Source: a virus. From it: 64,000 nt of DNA. The stretch lies in IMG/VR virus record IMGVR_UViG_3300028888_000124, positions 2,407-66,406 of that record, one strand, 5' to 3'. The notes under the pieces are model-generated. The model did not search any database. It saw only the letters and a program-made list of their open reading frames with translations, and was not told where the DNA came from. Positions 1-9,917 of the stretch are shown here, piece after piece (positions within the stretch are counted from its first letter, which is position 1; each line of letters begins with the position of its first letter). The position numbers were made by a program, and so were the translations under genes.

Positions 1-22
1 GCTTTGCGCACTGGCCCTGATC

Positions 23-241
23 ATGCTGGGCTTGTCACTGACGGCACTGATCGCCGTGCACTTCTTCCGACTGGGTATGGAGAGCGCGGAAAGGCGGGAG
101 CAAGTGCAAGTGCAGTATGTTCCCGTTTCTGTTCCTCAGCCTGTCTCCCCCGGCTTTACTCAGCGTCTTCCGGGACAGGAACCCGGTTATGTGGAAGAGC
201 TTCCCGATAATGTGATCTATGTGAAAGGATGGATTGAATGA
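23..241 (+). CDS. hypothetical protein, hydrophobic N-terminus; the reading frame is open back to base 2, so the 5-prime end may be truncated by the window edge
   Basis: ORF track. The in-frame upstream codons are open to the window start. Confidence 0.3.
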   Translation: MLGLSLTALIAVHFFRLGMESAERREQVQVQYVPVSVPQPVSPGFTQRLPGQEPGYVEELPDNVIYVKGWIE

Positions 242-735
242 AAAAGAATGATTTGAAAACCGGCATGATGGTGGAATGCCGCAATGGAAATGTGTATACC
301 GTGATGCTCGGTGTAGAAGTTTCTTCGAGTGATGTGCTTGTTCGCCCGGAGGGCTGGATGGGCCTCAACGGTTACGATGATAACATGAAATGTCGTGGAG
401 CCAGGGAATGGGACATTATGAAAGTTTATCAGCCAAAGCTTGAAGCGCACATCGGACACAAGGATTCTTGTAACCTCATTTGGGAGCGGGATGAAGAGTT
501 CACAAAGGAAGATTTGCAGGTCGGAATGAGTGTAATCACCAGGGGAGGCAAACGGTATGATGTCTGCTCGAAAGTCGATGAACAAAAAATTACACATATT
601 CTATTCTGCAATGATGGAACCTGGAGACCTCTGTCTTGTTACGAGGATAATTTGATGTGGTGCGATTTCGCTACCGACGCCGACATCATGAAAGTATACA
701 GCGACCTCCAGCTTGTGTACGAACGTGAAAAATAA
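238..735 (+). CDS. hypothetical protein (165 aa)
   Basis: ORF track. The ATG is preceded by AAAGGATGG. Part of a tightly packed run of co-oriented early genes. Confidence 0.5.
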   Translation: MKKNDLKTGMMVECRNGNVYTVMLGVEVSSSDVLVRPEGWMGLNGYDDNMKCRGAREWDIMKVYQPKLEAHIGHKDSCNLIWERDEEFTKEDLQVGMSVITRGGKRYDVCSKVDEQKITHILFCNDGTWRPLSCYEDNLMWCDFATDADIMKVYSDLQLVYEREK

Positions 736-747
736 GGAGGTGAGAGC

Positions 748-918
748 ATGAGCGAACAATGGAAAACGGACGGCAAGTGCCTGGAGTGCCGCCGTCATGG
801 TTACTGCAAAACCCAGTGCAGCAAAAACAAGCAGGCTGTGCGGGCGTTTATTCTGCAATCGCTGAGAAACAAACTGCAGGGAACCGGCAAAGAAAAGGAG
901 GCCGAACCTGCCCAGTAA
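748..918 (+). CDS. small Cys-rich protein (56 aa, CxxC...C)
   Basis: RBS AAGGAGGTG 5 nt before the ATG; TAA stop. Not in the track because it is under 60 aa. Confidence 0.4.
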   Translation: MSEQWKTDGKCLECRRHGYCKTQCSKNKQAVRAFILQSLRNKLQGTGKEKEAEPAQ

Positions 919-926
919 TAACAAAA

Positions 927-956
927 GTCCCGGAAAAGCAGCAACTCTTCCGGGAC
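927..956 (+). terminator. hairpin gtcccggaa..ttccgggac after the small Cys-rich gene; the U-tract is weak
   Basis: Inverted repeat read directly from the sequence. Confidence 0.3.
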
Positions 957-1060
957 TGCCTTTGAAATCCCCTCTACTACAAGCGGATTCCACGGTAATT
1001 ATACCACATAGCCGTGTGATTCCGCAAGCATCTTGAAAACAGAATACGGAGGAATCACGC

Positions 1061-1711
1061 ATGGCTAAGACGTTCATGTCTATTCACGTCACAAATCACT
1101 CCGAAAACACGAAGATGGCGGGCATCCAGTCCATCGGCACAACATCACTTTGCAATCCCATCTGCCAGAAAAGAAAGGAACAATGCGACGGCGTCTGCGC
1201 TCATTGCTATGCGGATTCCCTGTGCAAGATGCGGAAGAACCTGAATGAGCATTTGATTCAGAATTATGAAAAGCTGACTTCCCGCCTGCTCTCCCCCACG
1301 GAAGCCGCCGCTGTTCCGGTCACCAGCCTGATCGCCCGCATCGAATCCTTCGGCGACGTGGCCAACGTGACGCAGGCGCGGAATTACCTGAGAATCATCC
1401 GCGCACACAAATGGATTCAGTTCGGCATCTGGAGCAAAAACTGGGGCATCTGGCTGGCGGCGTTCAAAAAGGAGGGAAAGCCCAGGAATTGTACTTATGT
1501 GCACAGCAGTATGCACCTGAACTTTGCGGACGGTGTGTATCCCGGCATGCAGAAATATGTGGACCATGTGTTCACCGTGTGGACGAAGGACGTTTATGAG
1601 GAAGTGATCAAGAAGAATCCTTCGTCTGAATGCGCGGGGCTGTGCTGTGCGAAGTGCCAGAAGTGCTACCACAAGGGCGGTAGCTTTTATATTAACGAAC
1701 GGCTCAGGTGA
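1061..1711 (+). CDS. hypothetical Cys-rich protein (216 aa)
   Basis: ORF track. RBS ACGGAGGAA upstream of the ATG. Confidence 0.5.
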   Translation: MAKTFMSIHVTNHSENTKMAGIQSIGTTSLCNPICQKRKEQCDGVCAHCYADSLCKMRKNLNEHLIQNYEKLTSRLLSPTEAAAVPVTSLIARIESFGDVANVTQARNYLRIIRAHKWIQFGIWSKNWGIWLAAFKKEGKPRNCTYVHSSMHLNFADGVYPGMQKYVDHVFTVWTKDVYEEVIKKNPSSECAGLCCAKCQKCYHKGGSFYINERLR

Positions 1712-1754
1712 GCAGGAGTTCCCACATTCACAAGAACACAAAAGGGAGGAACAG

Positions 1755-2342
1755 ATGATGAACGCACCCCGCTACATAGTCACCAATGGCTTTCAGTACA
1801 TGACCAAGTGTTCCGGTAACAGTTTGGGGCCGAAAGAACAGGCGTATTGCTGGAAAACACAGCGAGCAGCGGAGACCCAGGTGACGGTGAAGAACCGGTG
1901 TCATCCCGAATTTTCCTGGATGGTAGAAGAGGTGAAATCAGAGGACGCAACGCTTCAAGTGTTTGATACGGAGGATCGTGCCTTCAAAAATTCTCCTGAG
2001 TTTGTGAAAATGACCGAAGTTTTGTACGATTGTGTCCATAGTATAGGGCGCATCAAAGAAATGATCGAGCAATGCTCCCGTGGATTGTCCGAACAGGATA
2101 AAATTCAGGAAGATTTGCTCCACAAGATTGAGTTTGAATCAACTGGCCGTGGACAAGCCGGTCATTTGTGCGTTCTGCTTCGTGAATGCAGAAAAAAGAG
2201 ACGAGGCTACAAAGATATGCTGACCATGCTGCAGGGTGTCAGCACTGTGGCAATCAACAATGTGTCCACTGAATCACTGAACAATATCCAGGAGAGGATG
2301 AACGGACGGATGTACTCAACCCGTTCAAAGGAGGTGTTCTGA
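1755..2342 (+). CDS. hypothetical protein
   Basis: Internal ATG of track ORF 1647..2342, preceded by AAAGGGAGGAACAG. Confidence 0.5.
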   Translation: MMNAPRYIVTNGFQYMTKCSGNSLGPKEQAYCWKTQRAAETQVTVKNRCHPEFSWMVEEVKSEDATLQVFDTEDRAFKNSPEFVKMTEVLYDCVHSIGRIKEMIEQCSRGLSEQDKIQEDLLHKIEFESTGRGQAGHLCVLLRECRKKRRGYKDMLTMLQGVSTVAINNVSTESLNNIQERMNGRMYSTRSKEVF

Positions 2343-2719
2343 TGACTTATGACGATATCGTAAACAAAGTTGTGGAGCGTTATCGCAACGGAGAATTTCC
2401 CGGCTGGACGATGACGGACCCAGACAGTGCCCAGATGAGGAAGAATTGCGAGGATAGGCGCTATGAATTTGTTGAGCTGACCGAAAACTGGGATGGCGGT
2501 GTTGTAATTCACCATGACACCGTTAGCCTGGATGATTTTTCAGAAGGCGAATTGTGGTTTTTCGGGTCTGTATATTACGAAACCAAGGAGCAGTTTGAAT
2601 CTCAGGGCGCAGACGTTATGGCTGAGTGTATCTTCGAGCAAAATTTTTGGAACGTGGAGAGCTATGGCAACCCTCAAAAAATGCTGAACAAATACTTGAA
2701 GATTGTCAAGGAGGGCTAA
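2342..2719 (+). CDS. hypothetical protein (125 aa)
   Basis: ORF track; start overlaps the upstream stop. Confidence 0.5.
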   Translation: MTYDDIVNKVVERYRNGEFPGWTMTDPDSAQMRKNCEDRRYEFVELTENWDGGVVIHHDTVSLDDFSEGELWFFGSVYYETKEQFESQGADVMAECIFEQNFWNVESYGNPQKMLNKYLKIVKEG

Positions 2720-2722
2720 GAA

Positions 2723-3103
2723 ATGAACCAGCACGAAGTCAAGGTTTCCGAAAGTTTCTTTTTCACGGATCAGGACATGGAAGATATCATGGTCACCGCT
2801 TTGGAGGGCGGCATTGGCTACTGGGCCTGCCTGGATAACACCCTGCCTGAATGGGACGGCCAGCCCAGCGACACACCCACAGCGGTATGGGCCTGGAAGA
2901 TCCTAAGCGAAGGCGGCATCCTCCATTTTCAGGATGCTGAGGATGACGAAGAAAAGTGGGAGTTGACCCTGCAAAAGCTGTACTGCGGCATTGCCAAAAC
3001 CATTCAGGAAACCTACTGGGACGGTGATATGGACTGCATCGACGCGGAGGTGGCAGATATGATCATTCAGTACGCTCTGTTCGGAGAGCTGGTGTATGGC
3101 TGA
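2723..3103 (+). CDS. hypothetical protein (126 aa)
   Basis: ORF track; RBS AAGGAGGGC. Confidence 0.5.
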   Translation: MNQHEVKVSESFFFTDQDMEDIMVTALEGGIGYWACLDNTLPEWDGQPSDTPTAVWAWKILSEGGILHFQDAEDDEEKWELTLQKLYCGIAKTIQETYWDGDMDCIDAEVADMIIQYALFGELVYG

Positions 3104-3273
3104 TGGAAAGCATTTATCAGAAGAACGGCTACAAAAACCGGCGGGATTATCTGATGAACCTATCCGAAGAATACGGCGTGCCTTATGACGCTGTGGTTGC
3201 CGCCGCTCAAGCCCTGGGACCTGATGAAGATTTCGACGGGCTGCCCGCAATGCTGGAAGATTGGGAGGATTGA
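3103..3273 (+). CDS. small hypothetical protein (56 aa)
   Basis: ATG overlaps the upstream stop; the ORF fills the gap before 3277. Confidence 0.35.
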   Translation: MESIYQKNGYKNRRDYLMNLSEEYGVPYDAVVAAAQALGPDEDFDGLPAMLEDWED

Positions 3274-3276
3274 AGC

Positions 3277-3678
3277 ATGAAAACACGTTATCGAGTGCTG
3301 GTGGAAGAAAAGTATTCCAAGTGGGTGGAAGTAACTGTGGAGGACCCGGACTTAATTGATGAAGAGATCGCCGCCATGCAGGAATGCGGCGAAATCGAAT
3401 GGGATCGCGGTGAAGATTTCGATGAATGGAACGTCATCGAGTATGAGCAGAACAGCTACTCTCCCTGTGAGATTGAAATGGTTCGTACCTGGTGCCGGGA
3501 TATGGTTTCCGCTGCGGAAATCTTTGATCCCCAGTGGGTGATGGACAGCATGGATGAATACCAGTGCCAGGACTGGCTGGAGCAGATGCGGGACCGTGGC
3601 ATTACGATTCCAGACCCCGTTACTTCCTCTGATTTGTGGGACGCGGTGGAAAGCCGCAGAAAGGAGAAGAAACAGTGA
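3277..3678 (+). CDS. hypothetical acidic protein (133 aa)
   Basis: ORF track; RBS GGGAGGATTGAAGC before the ATG. Confidence 0.5.
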   Translation: MKTRYRVLVEEKYSKWVEVTVEDPDLIDEEIAAMQECGEIEWDRGEDFDEWNVIEYEQNSYSPCEIEMVRTWCRDMVSAAEIFDPQWVMDSMDEYQCQDWLEQMRDRGITIPDPVTSSDLWDAVESRRKEKKQ

Positions 3679-3806
3679 CAAAATATCGCATTACCCTGGA
3701 AACCGTGCTGGATATCGAAGCGGAAAGCGAGGAAGAAGCGCTGGATAAGCTGCCTGAAACCGTTTCTTTGAATGAAATGTATATCCTGGATGTTGTGGAG
3801 GGTTGA
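3675..3806 (+). CDS. small hypothetical protein (43 aa, GTG start)
   Basis: RBS AAGGAGAAGAAACA then GTG; the ORF fills the gap to 3810. Confidence 0.3.
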   Translation: MTKYRITLETVLDIEAESEEEALDKLPETVSLNEMYILDVVEG

Positions 3807-3809
3807 ACC

Positions 3810-4088
3810 ATGGAAATTGCCACCAGTTTGGGCACTATCACCGCCACCGTCAACAATGATCCCTATTATCCCGGCATTTATCTCTCACTCAAACGGGACG
3901 GTCGCACCTTTCCCATCGTATGGCTGGAAGCAGATCAGGTAGATGAGAAAAATCCAGAGCTGAAAGCCCATGTGTATGCCCCGGAAGAAATTTGGGACGA
4001 ACCGGTATTTTCCATGACCTCTCAGAAAGAAACAGTGGACGCGATGTTTGAGGAGGCGGCGGATGAGTATGCAAAAGATCACCCATGA
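3810..4088 (+). CDS. hypothetical protein (92 aa)
   Basis: ORF track; RBS GGAGGGTTGAACC. Confidence 0.5.
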   Translation: MEIATSLGTITATVNNDPYYPGIYLSLKRDGRTFPIVWLEADQVDEKNPELKAHVYAPEEIWDEPVFSMTSQKETVDAMFEEAADEYAKDHP

Positions 4089-4395
4089 AATGATCCTGCA
4101 TGGCATTCAAAATGGCGTGATTAAAATCACTGACGAAGGAACACACTTTGGCAATCCAGAACACGGCGGTTGTGTGATTTGCGTCATTGGAGACAGTTGG
4201 TTCTACGCTTTCGGATTAACCGGAGAAACCACACCTTTGAACGAATTCCTAAGGGCTGTTCCGATGGAAGATATTGTCCAGGAAATCTTTGATGTGCTGG
4301 ATGGCGACGGTGGGTTTGAAACCGAACTGCCGGACGAATACCTTTACTACTATTTTCTTCTCAAGGAGGCCGAGGATGGAAGAAAAAGCTTATAA
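4063..4395 (+). CDS. hypothetical protein (start ambiguous, 4048 or 4063)
   Basis: ORF track 4048..4395. Confidence 0.4.
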   Translation: MSMQKITHEMILHGIQNGVIKITDEGTHFGNPEHGGCVICVIGDSWFYAFGLTGETTPLNEFLRAVPMEDIVQEIFDVLDGDGGFETELPDEYLYYYFLLKEAEDGRKSL

Positions 4396-4582
4396 AGCCC
4401 GTGTTGAAATAAGTTTTATTGTGGAATTTGATATACAAGCCGCTTATGATGACGATGCGGAGAATGCCGCAGTGGAATGCGCATTGAAGAATGCTGAAAA
4501 AATAGCTGATGACATTCGTTCTTACGGGCGTGTGCGAGTTCCGAATTATGATGCACGAGTTATTGAAATGGAGGAGATATGA
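4376..4582 (+). CDS. hypothetical protein (68 aa)
   Basis: Internal ATG of track ORF 4274..4582, preceded by AAGGAGGCCGAGG. Confidence 0.4.
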   Translation: MEEKAYKARVEISFIVEFDIQAAYDDDAENAAVECALKNAEKIADDIRSYGRVRVPNYDARVIEMEEI

Positions 4583-4854
4583 AAAAAGAAATCGTTACCT
4601 ACCCCGACAAAATTCTCCCCACTGTCCGCTCAGATATGATGAGCTACCACAAGCACGGCTACACATTCGAGGAATACTGCGACCGCAATACCCATGGCAG
4701 AAATTATGGAAAGGAGCTTTACCCCATCTGGCTGGAAACCAAAGCGAAATTTGATAAGGAGCATGATCAGGATGATCGCGTATCAGAAAATCACCGTGAT
4801 GAAGGACGAGAAGAAAGACAAGATCGTCGTAGAACACGAAAGCAACACCTTTGA
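4579..4854 (+). CDS. hypothetical protein; the C-terminal third overlaps the next gene in another frame
   Basis: ORF track. Confidence 0.35.
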   Translation: MKKEIVTYPDKILPTVRSDMMSYHKHGYTFEEYCDRNTHGRNYGKELYPIWLETKAKFDKEHDQDDRVSENHRDEGREERQDRRRTRKQHL

Positions 4855-4921
4855 ATTCTTCGACTGCACCATGGAGGAAGCCGCCGCCTTCTTCAAAAAG
4901 ATGATCGATGAGGAATATTGA
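4763..4921 (+). CDS. small hypothetical protein (52 aa)
   Basis: ATG after TAAGGAGC, in the frame of track ORF 4694..4921. Confidence 0.3.
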   Translation: MIRMIAYQKITVMKDEKKDKIVVEHESNTFEFFDCTMEEAAAFFKKMIDEEY

Positions 4922-4922
4922 C

Positions 4923-5177
4923 ATGAATAAATTCTATTTCACCTTCGGTTCCGACCCCGCTTATCCCTATGGTATCAACGACTATGTGATTGTGGAGGCA
5001 AACGGAGTGAACGAAGCCTGCATCCTGTTCAATCTGGTGCATCCGCCGAGAAAGGGAAGCGATCTTGTCAACTGTGCCTTCTTTTACAGCGAAGAACAAT
5101 TCAATAAGAACTGCGCCCAATATTATCCCGGTGTCCAGCCCAGGGAAATCATCCGCTTGCAGGTTTATCAAAACTAA
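4923..5177 (+). CDS. hypothetical protein
   Basis: Internal ATG of track ORF 4908..5177, after GAGGAA. Confidence 0.45.
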   Translation: MNKFYFTFGSDPAYPYGINDYVIVEANGVNEACILFNLVHPPRKGSDLVNCAFFYSEEQFNKNCAQYYPGVQPREIIRLQVYQN

Positions 5178-5190
5178 AGGAGCGTGCTGC

Positions 5191-5580
5191 ATGGACGAAC
5201 TCTACTTCTTTATGATGAAAACTTGTCCTGAAACTGTGCCGCCTGAACTGAAACGGATGTACCGTTCCAAGTATCGGAAAAAGGAGGATCGTCTCGCCCG
5301 TTCTATCCGGGACTGCCGCTGGAGCGATCTGTTCGACGCGAACAAATATCCCTGGCGTGCTGTCGCAAAGAAAGGCGACTGGGAATCTTATTATGAATAC
5401 CTGATTGTTCCTGACGCGGATGGCTGGGATGATCAGGACATCAGCGAAACGGTGAAGGAGCTGGAAATCCATATCAACAGCGCTTACGATTGTACGGGAA
5501 AGTTTTTTACGCCCTGGGTCATCTGGTCCCGCACAAAAGCAGGCATCGTGATCATCCGCTGTATGAGCATAGATGTGTGA
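5191..5580 (+). CDS. hypothetical protein
   Basis: Internal ATG of track ORF 5065..5580, preceded by AAAGGAGCG. Confidence 0.5.
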   Translation: MDELYFFMMKTCPETVPPELKRMYRSKYRKKEDRLARSIRDCRWSDLFDANKYPWRAVAKKGDWESYYEYLIVPDADGWDDQDISETVKELEIHINSAYDCTGKFFTPWVIWSRTKAGIVIIRCMSIDV

Positions 5581-5594
5581 AAGGAGGAAAAAAC

Positions 5595-5795
5595 TTGGTC
5601 GTTGATAGTCAACTTAGGAGATATGCCCGGCGCGGCATCCTGGCGGAAATGGAGGAATGGACGGCGAAACGCCAGGCGGTCGCTGCTCTGACCGGCGTTC
5701 TTTCGGAGGCTGAATTGGAAAGAATGCTGGCTGGAATCGACCTGGAAATCGAAGCGCTGAAAATTGATCTTGACGAATTGGATGGGAGGATGTAA
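5595..5795 (+). CDS. small coiled-coil protein (TTG start)
   Basis: AAAGGAGGAAAAAAC then TTG, in the frame of track ORF 5490..5795. Confidence 0.4.
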   Translation: MVVDSQLRRYARRGILAEMEEWTAKRQAVAALTGVLSEAELERMLAGIDLEIEALKIDLDELDGRM

Positions 5796-5824
5796 AATAA
5801 GAACATACATTCGCATTTTTCCTC

Positions 5825-5853
5825 TTGACAAACGCCCGGAAATGTGATAAGTT
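5825..5853 (+). promoter_or_regulatory. candidate sigma70-like promoter (TTGACA, 17 nt spacer, TAAGTT) with an adjacent CAAAC..GTTTG palindrome
   Basis: Hexamers read from the sequence, in the intergenic gap before the 5903 gene and the integrase-like gene. Confidence 0.3.
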
Positions 5854-5902
5854 TAATAAGCAAACAATAAAGTTTGTAATTTAAATTGAAAGGAACAAAG
5901 CC

Positions 5903-6136
5903 ATGATGAATAAGATCACCGCCACTTCTTCCCACAATTTTGAAACGAACTCCCGCAAGCTGGAACAGTTCCTTTTCATGCACGATATCCAGCATAAGCG
6001 CTTCTATAAGAACGAGGACAACATGACCGTGTGGGTCTACCCCGATAATGCGGAAGTGCGTGAAGTGGTGAGTGAGTACCGGCGCATTGTCGCCCGCCGT
6101 CAGGCCCGGATGAACAGCAGCACCTACACCGCGTAA
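5903..6136 (+). CDS. hypothetical protein (77 aa)
   Basis: ORF track; RBS GAAAGGAACAAAGCC. Confidence 0.5.
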   Translation: MMNKITATSSHNFETNSRKLEQFLFMHDIQHKRFYKNEDNMTVWVYPDNAEVREVVSEYRRIVARRQARMNSSTYTA

Positions 6137-6150
6137 AGGAGGAACAAAAG

Positions 6151-7074
6151 ATGCGCCCCATGATTCAGTTCTATGTGCAGTCCATGCGTGTGAAGGGCAG
6201 AAAACCCATGCCCTCCACCGCAGCCCATGTGTCCGAAATGCTGGACCGTGTGTTCAATACCCTGGAAAGCAGCTACGGCGTCGTGATGCGGGATAATAAA
6301 ATCACGGGGCTGAACACCGAAGTTCTCCAGCGCTGGATCAATGACGCTTCGGAAAGCTGGAAGCCCGCCACGTTCAACAACTACATCAGCATTCTCAATC
6401 CCTTTCTCCGCTGGGCGCACAAAATGAAGGGAAGCGATGGCGAATATATCGAGGATGATCTTTCCATCCTCCTGCGCACCCAATCTTTGCCGAACCCGGA
6501 GGATCTGCCGGAAGAAGATCGCCCCAAGAGCAAGTATTATTCCGTGGATCAAGTGGAAAATCTTCTGCATGGCGGCTATGGGCGCAACAATATCCGGGAC
6601 ACAGCCATTGTCGCCATGATTCTTTGGTCCTCCCTTCGTGTGTCGGAGCTGTGCCAGATCACGGTGGGCAATTTCCGCCAAGGCAAAGCGGCGCACACCG
6701 TTCGGGTGCAGCGGAAGGGCAGCGTGGCCATGAAGGATGTTGAAATCGCAGACCCCGCGTATTCCTATGTGGAAGCGTACCTGAAAACCAGAAAGGAGCT
6801 GCGGGACGATCAGCCCTTGTTCATGACCACACATGGGCAGCCCTGCAACAGGACACAGATTTACAAATGCCTGTCATTCAAGCAGAAGCAATTGGGCCTT
6901 GCCACTGGCCCCCACGCTCTGCGCCACACCTCCCTCTCCGCCCAGGAAAAGGAAGCGCCGCTCAGTGTGGTGCGCGATATCGCCAACCACAAGGACTTCC
7001 GTGTCACCAACCGCTACACTCACTCCACCCACGAAGAACGGCTTGCCGCCCTGAACGCGCTGCCGTGGAAGTAA
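6151..7074 (+). CDS. tyrosine site-specific recombinase (XerC/D-like integrase)
   Basis: Catalytic motifs R..., HALRHT (HxxR) and NRYTH with the catalytic Tyr; RBS AAGGAGG. Confidence 0.85.
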   Translation: MRPMIQFYVQSMRVKGRKPMPSTAAHVSEMLDRVFNTLESSYGVVMRDNKITGLNTEVLQRWINDASESWKPATFNNYISILNPFLRWAHKMKGSDGEYIEDDLSILLRTQSLPNPEDLPEEDRPKSKYYSVDQVENLLHGGYGRNNIRDTAIVAMILWSSLRVSELCQITVGNFRQGKAAHTVRVQRKGSVAMKDVEIADPAYSYVEAYLKTRKELRDDQPLFMTTHGQPCNRTQIYKCLSFKQKQLGLATGPHALRHTSLSAQEKEAPLSVVRDIANHKDFRVTNRYTHSTHEERLAALNALPWK

Positions 7075-7092
7075 GACGAAGGAGATGATTTT

Positions 7093-7674
7093 ATGCCCCT
7101 GTTTCTCGCCAAGTACACAGACCGGAAGAAAAAAGAGAAAAAGTATCTGATCCTGGAAGAAAACGAACGGGCGGCGTTCGATCAAGCCTGTCCCATGCGA
7201 AGCTTCCTTGGGGATGATTGGGAATTGAGCGATCTTTTTCCCGTGGAAGACAACACAGAGGCGGAGGCGCTGCCCAAAATCCCCAAAGAATACGGGAAGC
7301 TGTATTATCCCACCAAATATTATTACAAAGTCATGATCGTGGAAGGTACAAGGCTGCTGAATATCCGGGACGATGGCAAATCCTCCAGTTATGGCGCGCT
7401 TCTTCGGAACCAGGACACCGGAGAAATGACTTATGCCTGCGCAAACGGGGAATTCTTCACGCACGAAGATATTCTGAAGCATAAACGCCTGTACTTTGAC
7501 CATACGGCGTTCCCATGGAAGCCCGTTTTGTTTCCTTTTGCGGAAAAAGACACGGTGGATCTTTGTTACTATGTTACGAGCCGCTTCCTGCTCACTTATC
7601 CCATCCAGTTCTGGGGCCACAAGGCTTACGACCGGCAAATCGAATGGCTGGCCAGGCAGGAAGGGCTGCTATGA
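7093..7674 (+). CDS. hypothetical protein (193 aa)
   Basis: ORF track; RBS GAAGGAGATG. Confidence 0.5.
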   Translation: MPLFLAKYTDRKKKEKKYLILEENERAAFDQACPMRSFLGDDWELSDLFPVEDNTEAEALPKIPKEYGKLYYPTKYYYKVMIVEGTRLLNIRDDGKSSSYGALLRNQDTGEMTYACANGEFFTHEDILKHKRLYFDHTAFPWKPVLFPFAEKDTVDLCYYVTSRFLLTYPIQFWGHKAYDRQIEWLARQEGLL

Positions 7675-7757
7675 TCACACACACATTTCCCCATCACAAA
7701 ATCAGGAGGAAAAAATCTTCCTGATTTTTTTATTTTGCCTGAAAAATCCTTTGGATT

Positions 7758-7798
7758 CTGTTTCCATTATGGATGAGTAAGGAAAATTACTCATCCAT
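7758..7798 (+). promoter_or_regulatory. conserved intergenic motif CTGTTTCCATTAT followed by a perfect 12-bp palindrome ATGGATGAGTAA-ggaaaa-TTACTCATCCAT
   Basis: The motif recurs at least 8 times in intergenic regions (see findings); palindrome read directly. Confidence 0.5.
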
Positions 7799-7834
7799 GT
7801 TTCGATGATTAAGGAAGAAAAGGAGAAAAGGTAC

Positions 7835-8830
7835 ATGATTCAGTTACAGAAAGCAAAACGCAGTTAGGCGCGTATCAAATAGGCTTTGGGCGGTCCTTCC
7901 GGCAGCGGAAAAACGCTCAGTTCTCTTTTGATGGCGTATGGCCTGGTAAAAGGAGAGCATCCCGAGTGGCCGGATGATAAAATCTGGGAAAACATCTGCA
8001 TCATTGATACGGAAAACGGTTCTGCCAGCCTGTATGCCAACAGTTCTGTAGGTCAGTATAAAACAGGCTCGTATTTCACCATTCCGATGGAACCGCCTTA
8101 TACATTCGAGAGCTATGAAGCTGCGATTCATGCTGCGGAGGACGCCAATATCAAGGTAATCATCATCGACAGCCTGACGCACCTGTGGCAAGGCGAAGGC
8201 GGCGCTTTGGATATGCAGAGCAAGGTTGCTTCCGCCCGGTATCAGGGCAATAGCTACATGGCTTGGCGTGATATTACCCCCAAGCTGAATCATCTGATGG
8301 ATGTGATCCTGCAAAGCCCCTGCCACATCATTGGCAATATCCGCGCCAAGACAGACTATGTGCAGGAGAAAAACGCGGCAGGAAAAACCGTTGTAAAAAA
8401 TGTTGGTATGGGCCTGCAGATGAGAGACGGCGTGGAATTTGAATTCTCCACCGTGTTCATGTTGGATCAGGATCATATCGCAAACGCCACCAAGGATCGT
8501 ACCGGCTTGTTTGACGGAAAGTATTTCACCATCACGCCCGAAACCGGCAAGGAAATCTATCGTTGGCTGGCTTCCAGCGACAGTGCCAGCGTTCCCGAAA
8601 AGAAAACTGCGCCCGCTCCTGTGAAAACGGAGCCTGAACCTGCGGAAACCACCGACGCCGTTACCGTGGAACAGGTGGACGCATTGATCAAGAGCCGCGT
8701 GGCTGGCGTCACCCCAGAAGAGAAGAAGCAAATCATTGCGGAGCTCAAGGAAATCGCTGGAACGGCAAACTATATGAAGATTACCGACCCCGGCGTCCTG
8801 AAAGCGATCTATGATCACTTCAACGGATAA
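7835..8830 (+). CDS. RecA-like / Sak4-like ATPase (Walker A GGPSGSGKT); contains 2 in-frame TAG codons (7865, 7880) read as sense
   Basis: Strong RBS AAGGAGAAAAGG then ATG at 7835, in frame with track ORF 7886..8830; P-loop immediately after the TAGs; TAA stop. Confidence 0.75.
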
Positions 8831-8847
8831 AAGAAAGGAAAACAAGC

Positions 8848-9258
8848 ATGAATAAAGTTATGATTATTGGCAGGTAGACCGGTGATCCAACCCAGGGTCA
8901 GGGCGCTACACCCTGCGCCAACTTTTCCGTCGCGTCCGACACGCGAGTCAAAGGAAAAGACGGCGAATTCATCACCAATTTTTACCGCTGCACCGCATGG
9001 CGCGGCCAGGGCGAAAACTGCATGAAATATCTCCATAAAGGAGATCGGGTTTCCATCATTGGTGATCTGGTGCTGCAGTCCTATGTGGACATCAAGGGCC
9101 AGGAGCGCTACAGCATGCAGGTAAGCATTACCGATATCGAATTTCTGAGCGCCAAACGCTCAAAAGACGAACCGCAGCAATCACAAGCATCACGAGCAAG
9201 TTCACAGCCAACGGCAGCGGCAGTCACCGATGATAACGAGGATGACCTGCCGTTCTAA
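8848..9258 (+). CDS. ssb: single-stranded DNA-binding protein (SSB); in-frame TAG at 8875
   Basis: N-terminus MNKVMIIGR(TAG)TGDP matches the canonical SSB start MNKVILIGRLTKDP; acidic C-terminal tail DDLPF; RBS AAAGGAAAACAAGC. Confidence 0.85.
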
Positions 9259-9326
9259 ATCATGAATTCACGGCCAGGTTGCACGCGCTTCGATTCGCAA
9301 ACACGAATTGAAGGGAGACGCGCAAC

Positions 9327-9875
9327 ATGAAACTCACCTCTTATCAGGAAGAACAATTGATTCAGCAGTATGACAGGCTCCTGTGGAGCGTTGTGCATCG
9401 TTTCAAGCGCAGGAACCACGGAGGATATGACAACAAGGAAGATCTTCACAGCGAATGTACGCTTGTGTTTCTTCGCCATATCCGTTCCTGCGAAACGATG
9501 GATGAAGTGCGGAAAGTCCCCATCCGTGACATGATCAATGCCATGTGCCGTTTCGTACTGGAAGAACAGGCGCTTACCTATCCTCAGCGCACCACCAACT
9601 TTTCCCATGTAATAAAAAATGCGGCGCATAAAACAGACTATACCGCCGTTGACCGCGATGAGGATCGGCGCTCCGACCCCATGAACGACACGCTGGACGA
9701 GATCGCTTTCAGCAATTTTTACCATGGCTTATCGGCGGAAGATCGTATAATCGTGAAAATGAAGCTGGATGGAAGGCGAAATTGTGATGTCGCCCACGAT
9801 CTTGGTGTCACGGATGTTATCATTACGCGGGCCTTGAAAAGACTGCGTAAAATTTACACGGCTCAGGCGGCGTAA
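9327..9875 (+). CDS. sigma-70 family / ECF-like sigma factor (region 2 and region 4 HTH)
   Basis: C-terminal HTH DVAHDLGVTDVIITRALKRLRKIY with region-2-like N-terminus; RBS GAAGGGAG. Confidence 0.65.
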   Translation: MKLTSYQEEQLIQQYDRLLWSVVHRFKRRNHGGYDNKEDLHSECTLVFLRHIRSCETMDEVRKVPIRDMINAMCRFVLEEQALTYPQRTTNFSHVIKNAAHKTDYTAVDRDEDRRSDPMNDTLDEIAFSNFYHGLSAEDRIIVKMKLDGRRNCDVAHDLGVTDVIITRALKRLRKIYTAQAA

Positions 9876-9917
9876 TGCAAAATAATATTTACATAAAAGA
9901 AGTTAAAGGAAGTAAAT

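Noticed and set aside
4579-4921. Programmed frameshift joining ORF 4579..4854 to ORF 4694..4921
   Set aside because: There is no slippery heptamer or stimulatory structure at the overlap, and an internal RBS plus ATG at 4763 explains the second ORF as a separate small gene. It remains a possibility, but only a weak one.
7769-7798. Perfect 12-bp palindrome as a transcription terminator
   Set aside because: No U-tract on either strand. It immediately follows a copy of the recurring motif, so it is more likely an operator or an RNA 5-prime structure.
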